NCBI GenBank assembly: GCA_964399225.1 | Contig: CAYNQA010000001.1 | Coordinates: 1-37,589, forward strand | Source: an uncultured Anaerolineaceae bacterium | GTDB lineage: Bacteria > Chloroflexota > Anaerolineae > Anaerolineales > Villigracilaceae | Reading direction: 5' to 3' | Length of the DNA: 37,589 nucleotides | Part shown: piece by piece, positions 1-10,300 of the stretch | Numbering within the stretch: position 1 is the first letter of the stretch | Layout: every line of letters begins with the position of its first letter | Notes under the pieces: model-generated | Databases searched by the model: none | Told to the model about the DNA's origin: nothing | Seen by the model: only the letters and a program-made list of their open reading frames with translations | Program-made: the position numbers and the translations under genes

Positions 1-359
1 AGGAGTATTAATTGGGTCCGCGCGTCCCAGTTCTTGCCTTCGCCGATCAACTCCTCCTGTGCGAACACGCCGGTCAAGTTGCTGCCGAGGATCGTCATGG
101 ATGTTTCAATGGATGCAAAGAACTCATTCAGGTCGCGTGCATATCGTTCGGCGGATCCGCTAAGGCTGCTTTCAGCGCGCTGACGTTCGCTCTGGCTGAA
201 CTGTTCGGAGAGGTAGGTGTTGGATTGGCTGGCGATTGACAGGGATAAGACGCCTATTAAAAGGATGGCGAGTGTTGCCAGGGCGATATTGGCGAAGATC
301 AATTTTGACCGCAGGGATATGTTTCTTAGCCCGCGCAACCAGGAAAGGAATCGGTTCAT
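1..359 (-). CDS. N-terminal part of a membrane sensor (TM helix plus probable Cache-like extracytoplasmic domain); runs off the left edge
   Basis: Not in the ORF track. ATG at 359-357 overlaps the upstream TGA (ATGA) and follows a GGAGGT RBS. The frame is open to position 1: MNRFLSWLRGLRNISLRSKLIFANIALATLAILLIGVLSLSIASQSNTYLSEQFSQSERQRAESSL..., an SLRxKL + TM1 receptor start. Confidence 0.85.
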   Translation of the reverse strand, partial: MNRFLSWLRGLRNISLRSKLIFANIALATLAILLIGVLSLSIASQSNTYLSEQFSQSERQRAESSLSGSAERYARDLNEFFASIETSMTILGSNLTGVFAQEELIGEGKNWDARTQLIL

Positions 360-2107
360 GCCGCACCTCCGGCCTGGTTCACCGACTGAAGTTGGATCAA
401 TACTTCAGACCCATTTAGCGCCTGGCTTAATTCCTGCGCGGTTGTTTCGAGCAGGCTCTCGATGCGGATGCTGCCGCCGATCTTGGATGCGATCTCAGAG
501 ACGATGCGTTCGCGTTCGGCGCGGCGGTTGGTTTGCTCGAAGAGGCGAGCATTCTCGAGCGCTAATGCCAGGCGCTCAGATACTGCTTCAGCAATGTCGA
601 TATCATCATCTGACCACGCGTGATGGCCTGGGGTGGAAACATTCAGCACTCCGATCACTTCGCCGCGCAGACGGACCGGGATCGCCAACTCGGCCGTGTC
701 GCTGGCCTGGGCTCCCTCGTGTTGATAGATCTGTCCTTGTAAGGCAACCTTGCCTGCGTCGCCGAGGGAGACCGGGCTTGCCAGCGGTTCACTGCCGCTC
801 GGCGAGTAGCGATAGCCAACCAATTCAGTCTCTTGAGTCAGGCGTGACCATTCCTCTCTGAGATAGCGGCGGTATTGAACCTGGCTTTGTTCCAGTGATT
901 CGATGGCGGATTCGTACAGCCTTGCGTTGTCAATGGCCAGGCTAACCTGGTCGGCAAGCAGGGATAACGTTTCGATATCCTCGACACTGAAGGCGTTTGC
1001 TTCCGAACTTTGAACATCCAGTGCGCCAACCGTTTTTGATGCTATTTTGAGCGGGATGGCCGCTTCAGATCGCGTTTCGGGCAGGTCCGGGTTGTTGAAG
1101 TAGACCGCATCTTGTCCCACGTTCAGCGCGATACGCGGCGTCCCGCTGCCGGTTGCATAACCCACGATGCCTTGTTCGCCGATCTTTAATTTGTGATTGC
1201 GGGCAAGCATTGCCTGTCCACCGAGACTGTTTGCTGCGCGAAGAATGCTGAACTGATTGTCGGTATCGTTTAGAAAGATGCCGGCATGGTAATACCCGAA
1301 CTGTTCAGAGACTGATTTACAGACCAGGGGCAGCAGTTCATCAAGATTTCGCGTGGATGCAATATCACGCGCCACGCGGGTGATCGCTTCGAATTGCCTG
1401 GCTCGTTTTTGACTTACATTGTTGGCGATTTCCAGTTCGCTGGTGCGCTCAAGAATGCGCGACTCGAGGTTTTGGGTCAACTCCTGAAGCTGTTTATTGC
1501 TTGAAGAAAGCTCGGCTTCGCTCGCCCGGGCACGGGTCAATGCCGAGTACATGCTGTTGGATGCCAGGCTGAAGATGACTGCGATCATAAAATAGCCGAC
1601 CGTTGTGCTAATTCCATCTCCAAGCGGGCCTGGAAGAGGAATCGTATCGGGAGACCGGTAAATGCCAGAGTTGACAAGGATCAGCACAACAATGTGTTTC
1701 AAGCTGAATAAGATCGCGGTGATATATGCGCCTCGCGCGCCAAGCAGAAGACCGCCTACGACCACGGCAGCACCAGACACGATAAAAATAGACCGTGGTT
1801 CCCCGTTGGTGAGCATGTCGGATATGAATGAAAAAACGACAAGCATGGTTACCAGCGCCATGCTCGACGCTCTGATATATCCTCTTTTTGTTGTCCAGAT
1901 CAGGATCGTAGCAATGATGGAAATAACGGCGGAAACGATCGTGTAAAACGAGGAGGATGTGGATGGATTAATGAACGCAATCGCCAGGGCCGTAGGAAAT
2001 AAGATGTAAAGCGCCTGCAGAATGCGGATCAAGACCCGAGCAAGACGGGTTTGTTCATCATCATCGAAGACGGGAGGCGTGAAAAAATTCCTAAAAACGT
2101 TTAGCAT
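356..2107 (-). CDS. Multi-TM membrane protein with GAF domain and C-terminal split-GAF module; no output domain
   Basis: Start moved to ATG 2107 (MLNVFRNFF), 1 nt after the upstream stop. About 6 hydrophobic helices, LESRILERT coiled coil, full GAF (FGYYHAGIFL...PRIALNVG...TRSEAAIPL...LDVQS...IDNARL), half GAF, RERIVSEI tail. Confidence 0.9.
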   Translation of the reverse strand: MLNVFRNFFTPPVFDDDEQTRLARVLIRILQALYILFPTALAIAFINPSTSSSFYTIVSAVISIIATILIWTTKRGYIRASSMALVTMLVVFSFISDMLTNGEPRSIFIVSGAAVVVGGLLLGARGAYITAILFSLKHIVVLILVNSGIYRSPDTIPLPGPLGDGISTTVGYFMIAVIFSLASNSMYSALTRARASEAELSSSNKQLQELTQNLESRILERTSELEIANNVSQKRARQFEAITRVARDIASTRNLDELLPLVCKSVSEQFGYYHAGIFLNDTDNQFSILRAANSLGGQAMLARNHKLKIGEQGIVGYATGSGTPRIALNVGQDAVYFNNPDLPETRSEAAIPLKIASKTVGALDVQSSEANAFSVEDIETLSLLADQVSLAIDNARLYESAIESLEQSQVQYRRYLREEWSRLTQETELVGYRYSPSGSEPLASPVSLGDAGKVALQGQIYQHEGAQASDTAELAIPVRLRGEVIGVLNVSTPGHHAWSDDDIDIAEAVSERLALALENARLFEQTNRRAERERIVSEIASKIGGSIRIESLLETTAQELSQALNGSEVLIQLQSVNQAGGAA

Positions 2108-2108
2108 G

Positions 2109-3749
2109 TTATTTATCCTGTTGCGCGCGTTCCGTCCCGGATTCGAATTGCAAAACGATCTCGGAGCCTGGCAGGGCACGCCCCAGCTCTTCGACGGCTG
2201 TTTGCATAATATCGTTCATGTCAATTGAAGCCGCAATGCGTGACGAGATCTCGCCGATCGTACGTTCCTTTGCGGCGCGGCGTTGGGCTTCATCGAGGAG
2301 ACGTACGTTCTCAATCGCCAGGCCGGCGCGCTCTGCTGCTCCACGCACCAGATTAAGTTCATCTTGCGACCATTGTCGAGATTGGTTGTTCGAGCGGATC
2401 TGCAAGGAGCCTACGATCATCCCGCGGATCTTTACCGGAATGGTTGTTGTACCCGGTTCGTCCGAAGCCGCCGTGTTTGAGATCGGAACGGTCCGGATGC
2501 CGTCATAGGCAAAACCGATTGTGCCAACCCGCCGCCCAAACCGGGACCACTCACGCTTGATGTATTCATCGTAAATACTCTGAGATTCTGCCAACGCCTT
2601 GCGCGTCTGGCTGAATAGACGGGCATTTTCAATGGCGATGGCGATCTGATTCGCGAGGATGTTCAAAACATCAACGTCCTCTGTCTTGAAGGCGTTTGTC
2701 TCTGTGCTTTGCACGTCGAGTACGCCAATGATGTTATTGCCGGCTTTGAGGGGCAGGGCAACCTCAGAGCGGGTGTTCGGCAGGTCTGGGTTGTTGAAGT
2801 AAACAGCATCCGCGCCCACGTCGAGGGCGATGCGAGGCTCTCCTTGTGCCGCCACATATCCCACGATGCCAGTCGCGCCAAGGCGCAAGCGGTGTCCGCG
2901 TTTTAGCATGCGTTGACCGCCTTCGCTGTTTGCCGCCTCCAGAACTGCGAACTCTGCCCGCTCATCCAATAGGAAGATGCCGGCGTGATAAAACCCAAAT
3001 TGTTCGCTAACCACCATGGTGACGGCAGGCAGCAGGCGTTCCAGATCCTGAATCGACGAGATAGAGCGTGCCACCTTGGAGATCGTTTCGAGCTGGGCGG
3101 CTCTCTTTTCAAGGTCGAATGTTCGTTCATCAACGCGAGCCTCGAGAGTCTTCTTCAACTCAAGCAAGTCTCGATTTGCCACGATTTGCTGGTGCTCATT
3201 TTCGCGGGCTTTTGCTGCCACATTTTTTAAGCGGTTCAGCGTGGTTTGCAAGCTCAGGCCAATGGCTAAAAACAAAATACCGCTTACGACCAGCTCCTCC
3301 GCGTACGGCTGAAGCACTGGGTGGGCTTTGAAAAGCCCGGTGACTTCTGCTCCACCAATCGCGAGAATGATGGCGATCACAATACCTGTTGCGGTTGTCG
3401 TTCCGCGGGCTCCGAGGAATAAACCAGCTACAACGATCGAGCCTGCCAGGCCGATGATGGCAATGTCGTGGATCCCGTTGCCGTTTATCATAAAGATAAC
3501 GCTGACCGCGCCGGTGGCAATGGGAGTAAGGATTTGGCCGGGGGATACAATGCCTCTTAAGGCCAATACGAAAGAGACGATCAAGATGGCGGCCAGCGAG
3601 AAGGCAACGATTTTATTGCTTTCGATGACGAATCCGACACCGATCACTGCTAGCAATATCAAACCCTGGACGCGAATGACCAGTGTTCGAATGGCCGCTT
3701 CATCGTCCGTATGCGGGTTGATCACACGGGGAAAAGATGAAAACCACAT
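2109..3749 (-). CDS. Multi-TM membrane protein with GAF domain and C-terminal split-GAF module; no output domain
   Basis: About 6 TM helices, LEARVDERT, GAF with FGFYHAGIFL/PRIALDVGADAVYFNNPDLPNTRSE, then IPVKIRG...WSQDE...ENVRL and KERTIGEI tail. Confidence 0.92.
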   Translation of the reverse strand: MWFSSFPRVINPHTDDEAAIRTLVIRVQGLILLAVIGVGFVIESNKIVAFSLAAILIVSFVLALRGIVSPGQILTPIATGAVSVIFMINGNGIHDIAIIGLAGSIVVAGLFLGARGTTTATGIVIAIILAIGGAEVTGLFKAHPVLQPYAEELVVSGILFLAIGLSLQTTLNRLKNVAAKARENEHQQIVANRDLLELKKTLEARVDERTFDLEKRAAQLETISKVARSISSIQDLERLLPAVTMVVSEQFGFYHAGIFLLDERAEFAVLEAANSEGGQRMLKRGHRLRLGATGIVGYVAAQGEPRIALDVGADAVYFNNPDLPNTRSEVALPLKAGNNIIGVLDVQSTETNAFKTEDVDVLNILANQIAIAIENARLFSQTRKALAESQSIYDEYIKREWSRFGRRVGTIGFAYDGIRTVPISNTAASDEPGTTTIPVKIRGMIVGSLQIRSNNQSRQWSQDELNLVRGAAERAGLAIENVRLLDEAQRRAAKERTIGEISSRIAASIDMNDIMQTAVEELGRALPGSEIVLQFESGTERAQQDK

Positions 3750-3752
3750 GCC

Positions 3753-5393
3753 CTAAGAATCCATTCTTGTGGGATTTAATTGCATTGTGACCTCTGCATC
3801 GCCGAGAGCTTTGCCGATCTCCTGTGCAGTGGTTCGTAAAATAGCTTCCACGTCGACTGCGGCGCTGATGCGTGCAGCAATATTTCCGAGCAATTGTTCG
3901 CGCGATGCGCGGGTTTGAGCTTCATCCAGAAGGCGGGCATTTTCAAGCGCCAAACCGATCTGGGTGGCGACCTCTTCCACCATGGCCTGCTCTTGAGTTG
4001 ACCAGGCTGCGGTCCCGCTTTTTCGCTTGAGATAGATTCTTCCAATCCCCTGACCGCGTAAGCGGATTGGGATCGCCAGCCCTCCACTGTCTTCACGTCG
4101 CTCCGGGGGGGCGCCAAGTTTTTGAACAGCAAGCGGTGTATATTGATACGCCGAGATTTTCCGGCTGGCGATCTCAGACCAGGATAGTATTGCTCGTGTG
4201 TCGCTGGTCTGTTGAAATTGCTGGATGATGGCTTCCATGTCAGCAAACAATCTGGCGTTTTCGATCGCCAGACTAAGTTGTTCCGCTACGATTTTCAACG
4301 TCTCAATTTCGGGTTGCTGGTACGCATCCGGATCGGTGGAATGCATGTCGATTATGCCGATTACCCGGTCCCGTGCGATCAAAGGGAGTGTTGCGCGTGC
4401 TTTCGTAAGGCGGAGTTCGGGGCTTTCCTGTCGAACCGTTTCTTCCGAAAGTCTTTGTGAAACCTGTGGGCTGCGCGAATATACCGCTTTTTGTAACACC
4501 CCCTCATCGGATAGCGTAACGGAGTGTTGGCGGGCGAGCATTTGTTTTCCGTTTTCAGAAGAAGCAGCCAGCAGGAAGGCATAGATCTTTTGCTCGTCGG
4601 TCAGGTAGATACCGACGTTGTAATAACCAAAGTGCTGTCCAATGGCGTGCGCTGCCACAGGAAGGAGTTCCCCAATCTCTTTGGTTGTTGAAATGCTCTG
4701 CGATGTGGCATTTGCTGCAGCCAGTTGGACCGTTCGTTTTTCGAGCGCGGCTGTTCTTTCCGTAACGCGCTCTTCAAGCGATTTGCGGTTTAGGCGCAAT
4801 TCCTGCAGCATGAAGTTTCCACTATCATAAGCCTTCTCAAATTCCGTTTTCAGCATGTTAATGGCGATGTTTACGGTGGCGCAAAGGAAAATGAAAGTGG
4901 TACCGCTGGATACCCAATCGGTTGCGGTGCCAATCGTTGCAATGTCAAGACTGGGTTGATAAATTCCGCGCAGCATCAAGAACCCGCCGATCGCATAGGT
5001 CAGGGTGATCACTCCCATCGCGTACAAACTGGCGCGATAAGAGATAAGCAGATTAATAATGATTACAGTGCAAAGGAAATACAGTCTGGCTGCGCCGACC
5101 AGGCCGCCTCCCCCCATTTCTATAATTCCCAGAACATATCCTGCGACAAGGATGAAACCGGCGCGGAACAAATACGGAACGCGCGCGAATATAATCACTA
5201 ACAGAAATGCATATACGGACGTATATATCGCTCGCAATGCGCCGGTAGTGGTTGGGTCAATGAATATGCCGATGATCGAAACAAAACCGAATACTGCAGC
5301 TGCGCGAAGCACGCCCAGCACAAAGCGGTCCTGCCAGTGCTCAATGGAGAACTCAAAGCTTTCGTTGTTGGTGTTTGGTCTGCTATTCGCCAT
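3753..5393 (-). CDS. Multi-TM membrane protein with divergent GAF domain and C-terminal split-GAF module
   Basis: About 6 TM helices, LEERVTERT, GAF (FGYYNVGIYL...ENARL), LAIPIRLRGQGIG...WSTQE...ENARL, REQLLGNI tail. Confidence 0.92.
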   Translation of the reverse strand: MANSRPNTNNESFEFSIEHWQDRFVLGVLRAAAVFGFVSIIGIFIDPTTTGALRAIYTSVYAFLLVIIFARVPYLFRAGFILVAGYVLGIIEMGGGGLVGAARLYFLCTVIIINLLISYRASLYAMGVITLTYAIGGFLMLRGIYQPSLDIATIGTATDWVSSGTTFIFLCATVNIAINMLKTEFEKAYDSGNFMLQELRLNRKSLEERVTERTAALEKRTVQLAAANATSQSISTTKEIGELLPVAAHAIGQHFGYYNVGIYLTDEQKIYAFLLAASSENGKQMLARQHSVTLSDEGVLQKAVYSRSPQVSQRLSEETVRQESPELRLTKARATLPLIARDRVIGIIDMHSTDPDAYQQPEIETLKIVAEQLSLAIENARLFADMEAIIQQFQQTSDTRAILSWSEIASRKISAYQYTPLAVQKLGAPPERREDSGGLAIPIRLRGQGIGRIYLKRKSGTAAWSTQEQAMVEEVATQIGLALENARLLDEAQTRASREQLLGNIAARISAAVDVEAILRTTAQEIGKALGDAEVTMQLNPTRMDS

Positions 5394-5404
5394 GGTCTGC
5401 GCTT

Positions 5405-7336
5405 TCAGGCCTCGTTTTCATCCGTGCCGAGCTCGATTACCGCTTCAATAGCGTTCAAGGCTCGGCCCAGTTCTCGAATGGAAGTTTGCAAGATGCCGTC
5501 GATGGAGCTGGATGACCATATCTTGCTGGTGATTTCTGCAATCATCTTCTCGTAGGCTGCGTTCTTTTGACTTTGATCGAGCAGTCGTGCATTTTCGAGC
5601 GCGATGGCAGCCTGGGTTGCCACTGCTTCGATCCAGGCGCGTTCCTCCGTGGACCAGCTTGTATCTCCGGCGAGTGAGATCTCGCCGATGATCTGGTCGC
5701 GAAGGGTCAGGTTCACATTGAGTTTACTTTCCTGTTCGGTTAATTCGCCAAGTGTGTATTCGGTATTCTCTTGCCGGGCAATGGATGTCCATGCTTCTTG
5801 AAGGTACTGACGCTGAGCAGCTTGTAATTCCTCAAGGCGCGCACGTGTTTCCTGGAAAAGATGGGCGTTTTCGATGGCAACCGCCACTTGATTTGCCATG
5901 TTTTGCAAGGTTTCAATGTCTCGTTGCGTGAACGCCGACTGCTTGGTAGATTGCACATCCAACGCGCCTAGGGTGCGATCGCCAACGGCGAGCGGGAGAG
6001 CGATTTCGGATCGGGTGTACGGGAGTAGGGGATTGTCGAAACGGACCGACTCCGCTCCCACGTCCAGGGCGATGCGGGCTCGTCTGCTTTGGATGGCGGT
6101 GCCTACCATGCTTTTCCCACCCACCTCAAGACGATGTTTTGATTCTTTGAGAACCCGGCCGGCTTCTCCAGTGGCGGCATGCAATTCAGCCCAACGCCCG
6201 GATGCGTCGATCAGAAAAAGGGCAGAATAGTAATAGCCAAACCGGTCGGTGATCAAGTTTACAACTTTTTCGATCAATTCGTCCGGGTCCAGGATCGCGC
6301 TAACCGCTCGGCCTACTTCATTGATCGCCTCCAATTGGTCGGTGCGCTCTTTCACCTGCTCTTCCAGCGACGTTTGCAGCGTTTCAAGGCGAGTTAGCAT
6401 TCTGTTGAAGTGGATCGCCAGCATGCCGATTTCATCGGTTGCGGCTACATCTGCACGGATCGATAGGTTGCCTTGTTCCACGGTGCGGAAAGTATCTACC
6501 ATGGAGCGGATCGGGCGTGTCAAGGAACGCGAGACCGCGTAGATTAATATCAGACTCAGGGTCAGGGTTCCAGCACTGACCAACAATGACTGCACCTGCA
6601 GTGTTTGCCGGATTTGCAGATTGCGGACAATTTGTGCCGGATCAAAAATGTTGATGGTTGCGCGAACGATCTGGTGGTATCCGATCGGGGCTACCATTAG
6701 AATGCCGATCAGAACGATTCCCAACGCGATAACGCCCAACTTCAGCCCGATGGGTGCTCCGCGAATTTCCTTGAGTTGGGTTTCGATCTCTTTTGGAAGG
6801 AGCAGTTTTCTTGCGGGAAACAGTACGCTTTCGATGATGACGGTTGTGAAAATCACCATCGCGATAACGGCCACAAACCCGCCGATGTTTAAATATATAA
6901 ACTGGTCGAGGTTGGCAATACGGCTGAAATAAAAATACGCCGCCCCTGGCAGGATTCCCGCGACGAATGTGAGTGGAGCAGCGATCAATCCATATCGCCA
7001 GGCAATGCTCGACACCTCCCGCCAGGCTGGGGCAGATTCTGTGATGTCTTCCACCGTACCCGGATTTTCAAGCACCTTGATCAGGCGCCGCCGTGCATTT
7101 TGTGTCAAGACCCATGTAATGCCAATCAAGGCAAGGTTGACGATAAAGATGGAAACGGGGGTGATCCAAAAGATCTGCCTCAGTTGGGCATCGGAGAAGT
7201 CAGCGTTAATCTGAATTGAGACCCAACCCAGCACAGCGCCCGGGAGTGCCATCAATTGCGCCAGAAAAACTCCGGCCACGATGAAGTTACCCTTTAAGCG
7301 AACAAGCAAACGCTCGAAGAAGGTTTCGCCCAGCAT
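5405..7336 (-). CDS. Multi-TM HAMP-GAF protein with C-terminal split-GAF module; no output domain
   Basis: About 6 TM helices, HAMP (LTRPIRSM...GNL...DEIGMLAIHFNRM), LEEQVKERT, conserved GAF, half GAF and tail. TAATG overlap with the upstream gene. Confidence 0.92.
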   Translation of the reverse strand: MLGETFFERLLVRLKGNFIVAGVFLAQLMALPGAVLGWVSIQINADFSDAQLRQIFWITPVSIFIVNLALIGITWVLTQNARRRLIKVLENPGTVEDITESAPAWREVSSIAWRYGLIAAPLTFVAGILPGAAYFYFSRIANLDQFIYLNIGGFVAVIAMVIFTTVIIESVLFPARKLLLPKEIETQLKEIRGAPIGLKLGVIALGIVLIGILMVAPIGYHQIVRATINIFDPAQIVRNLQIRQTLQVQSLLVSAGTLTLSLILIYAVSRSLTRPIRSMVDTFRTVEQGNLSIRADVAATDEIGMLAIHFNRMLTRLETLQTSLEEQVKERTDQLEAINEVGRAVSAILDPDELIEKVVNLITDRFGYYYSALFLIDASGRWAELHAATGEAGRVLKESKHRLEVGGKSMVGTAIQSRRARIALDVGAESVRFDNPLLPYTRSEIALPLAVGDRTLGALDVQSTKQSAFTQRDIETLQNMANQVAVAIENAHLFQETRARLEELQAAQRQYLQEAWTSIARQENTEYTLGELTEQESKLNVNLTLRDQIIGEISLAGDTSWSTEERAWIEAVATQAAIALENARLLDQSQKNAAYEKMIAEITSKIWSSSSIDGILQTSIRELGRALNAIEAVIELGTDENEA

Positions 7337-10300
7337 TACTCATCTCTCCCGTTTGCGTTTTCGATGACAGGCGGGGTGAGGCGTATTTGGGTGCCCTTGG
7401 CGCCAATCACTTTGGTGATCTCGCTTGCAGTAGTGGCAAGGATGGTTTGGACATCGGTGGAACGACGGATCTTGCTGGTGACATCGTACAGCAATCGCTC
7501 ACGCTCCGCCTGTCGGCGGATCTGGTCAAGCAGACGGGCGTTCGCAATCACGGCGGCGAGACTGCCTGCCAGCGTTCCAAGCATTTCCTCATCGTTTTCG
7601 GTATATGCCGCAATCTGTTCGCTCTCCACATTGAGCACGCCAAGCAATTCGTTGCGATAGAGCAAAGGCAGCGCCAATTCGGAGCGTGTGTTGGAACTGA
7701 CCTCGATATATCGCGGGTCATTAGTCACGTCATCGATTCGCAGAGGGCGGCGATGCGTAGCCACCCAGCCTGTCATGCCCTGATCGAAGCGAATCGTGAT
7801 ATGGCTTGTATCATCTGAATACCCGACCGAAGCTCTTGTCTCGAGTATTCTCTTATCACGATTCGCCAGCAAGATCGCCACGCGGTCGCCGCCAAGGGTG
7901 ACCTGAAGGCCTTTCACGGTCGTTTCAAGCGCCTCTTCCAGTGTGGTGCCCGATGCTGCGGACGTAGTGATGTGGTGAAGAAGTCGATGCTGGGAAAGGT
8001 GTTCCTGCGAATCCGCGAACAGTTCAGTGTTCACCACGGCAACAGCCAACTGATCCGCAAGAATTTCCAGCGTTCTCAGGTTTTCCTCGGTAAAAGCAAA
8101 CGGTGTTGCGCTCTGCACGTCCAGCGCGCCAAGTACACGCTCTCCAACTTTAAGGGGAATGGCGCATTCCGAGCGTGTGTCGGGGAGTAATGGATTGGCA
8201 AAGTATGTAGCATCCTTCATTGTGTCGTTAACCACCAACGTCTCGCCTCGGCCGGTAACATAGCCAACGATGGATTTGGAACCAACGCCAAGTTTATGAC
8301 CGATGCGTTTTAGTTGAGCGCCGGCTTCGCCGGTGGCTTCACGGATGGCTGCGAAATCACCATGTGGGTCGATTAGGAAAACACTTGCGTGGTAGAAGCG
8401 GAAACGTTCGACGATCAAATTGACGGCGCGCAATAGCAGTTCGTCCAGATTGAGCGAACCACTGATGTCGCGTGCGATCTCGGCCGCGGTCTGTAACTGC
8501 AGAGTGGTGCGGCGGCTTTGTTCTAGCAGACGCACATTGTGGATCACGCCGGATGCCTGGCGTGAAACATCCACCATAAAATTCAAGTCGCGGTCATTGA
8601 AGCGTTTTTCGGTGTCGGCATCTTGAATAACAAGCGCTCCGATTGCTTCGCCTCCGATCAGCAATGGAACCCCCAACCAGGACTTGGCCGGCTTGCCTTG
8701 AATTTTTGCACCCAACGCCTGTGCCTGCCGTTCCGTGTCTTCCACAAGCAATAAGGGGCGTCGCGTACGGATAAGAATGGAAGTAAGACCCTCTCCAAGA
8801 GGGAATGTTTCGATGGAAGAGATCCGTCCTTCTTCGTAGATGAATGGGATCTGGATCGAATTCGTCTTGCCGTCATATAGAGCCACCAGGAAACTGCAAT
8901 CCCCAACGACGCGCGAGATCTGTTCCTGCAGTGCGGCATAAAAACCCTGAATATCGTTTGTTGATAGAATGGCTCGGTTGATCGTCATCAACGCGTCCAT
9001 TTCCGATATCCTTGCCTGACTATCAGACAGAAGCTTGATGCGCGCCAGAGTGGAAGATAGAACATCTGGAATGCTGATGAATGGGCGCACTGTGGCGCTG
9101 GTTAGAGGCTGGCCGGGGATTTCGCCGACAATCAGCAGGTGGGTGGTTTGCCCATCCACGATGACGGGGAGAATCAATCCGCTTTGTGCTCCGTTGAGTT
9201 TCAACAGCTTGACCAACTCGGCGGGCGAATTGGTATCGCGGTTCACATCATTGACGAGAAGCGGGCCGCTCAATTGCACCTGGATATCGTGGTCCGACAC
9301 GAAAACAGTACCCGGTAGATTTGGCTTCATATCCGCGTATGGATTCGAAGAAATTAGTATTTCGCTTTCCTCGATCCCTGTTCGCAGGATGATGAAGGGA
9401 TGTCGTGCTTCGCGGATGGCTCGACTTGTTGCCTCGATCGCTTCGTTTTCGGAACTCGCTTGCGCAATCGTGACTGCTAAGCGATAGATACGATCCGCGC
9501 TTGCACTGGAAACTTGCTCCTCTTCCGTTACGGACGTATTTTGAATTGCGGCTGCAATTTGGTTTGCCAGCGTTTGAAGTACGATGATCATTTCCTCGTC
9601 AAACGTTTCCGGCTCCGTGCTTTGTACATCCAACACTCCTAAAACGACGCCGCCCAGAACGATGGGGATGCCAACTTCGGCGCGGGTGAGGGGGAGCAGT
9701 TCGTTGCGATAATGAACCGGATCCAGGTCCACATTTGAAGCGACGCGCGGTTTTTTATTTGCGCTTACCCATCCAACAATGGATGCCGAACCTACCTGGT
9801 GCCGGTGCCCGCGTTTCAGCATTTCTTCGGCGGAAGGACCATGCGCGGCTCGCAGACTCGCAAACTTGCCGGTTTCATCGATCAGAAACACACCAGTATG
9901 ATAAAAGCTGAAGCGCTCCACGATCAGTTGCGCAGTTTTTTGCAATAGATCGTGAAGATCGAATGCGGTTGTGATGCCCTGTGCAACCTCTGCTGCTGTA
10001 CGGATCTGCCGCGTGCGTTCTTCTACCTGTCCGCGCAATGATGTGTACAGGCGGTTCAGTTCATCCGACATGATGTTGAACGAATTTGCGAGCACGCCGA
10101 TCTCATCATTGCGCGCGATGGAAATCCGTTCCTGCAATTCGCCTCGCGCGATACGCCCCGCCACATCCGTCAATGAAAGCAGCGGCTTGGTGATCTGATT
10201 GGTCACACTGAACGATGCGAATATGATCGCCGCGGCCAGGCCGCCAAAAACGAGAAAGGCGAATGGGAGCAGGCTGTTTAATTCTCCGAAAACCGCATCG

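Noticed and set aside
217-861. 214-aa plus-strand ORF
   Set aside because: Antisense to two well-supported genes, Arg-rich shadow composition, no recognisable motif.
2108-2179. N-terminal extension of the 607-aa ORF
   Set aside because: Overlaps the upstream gene by 71 nt; the ATG at 2107 gives tight coupling like the other junctions.
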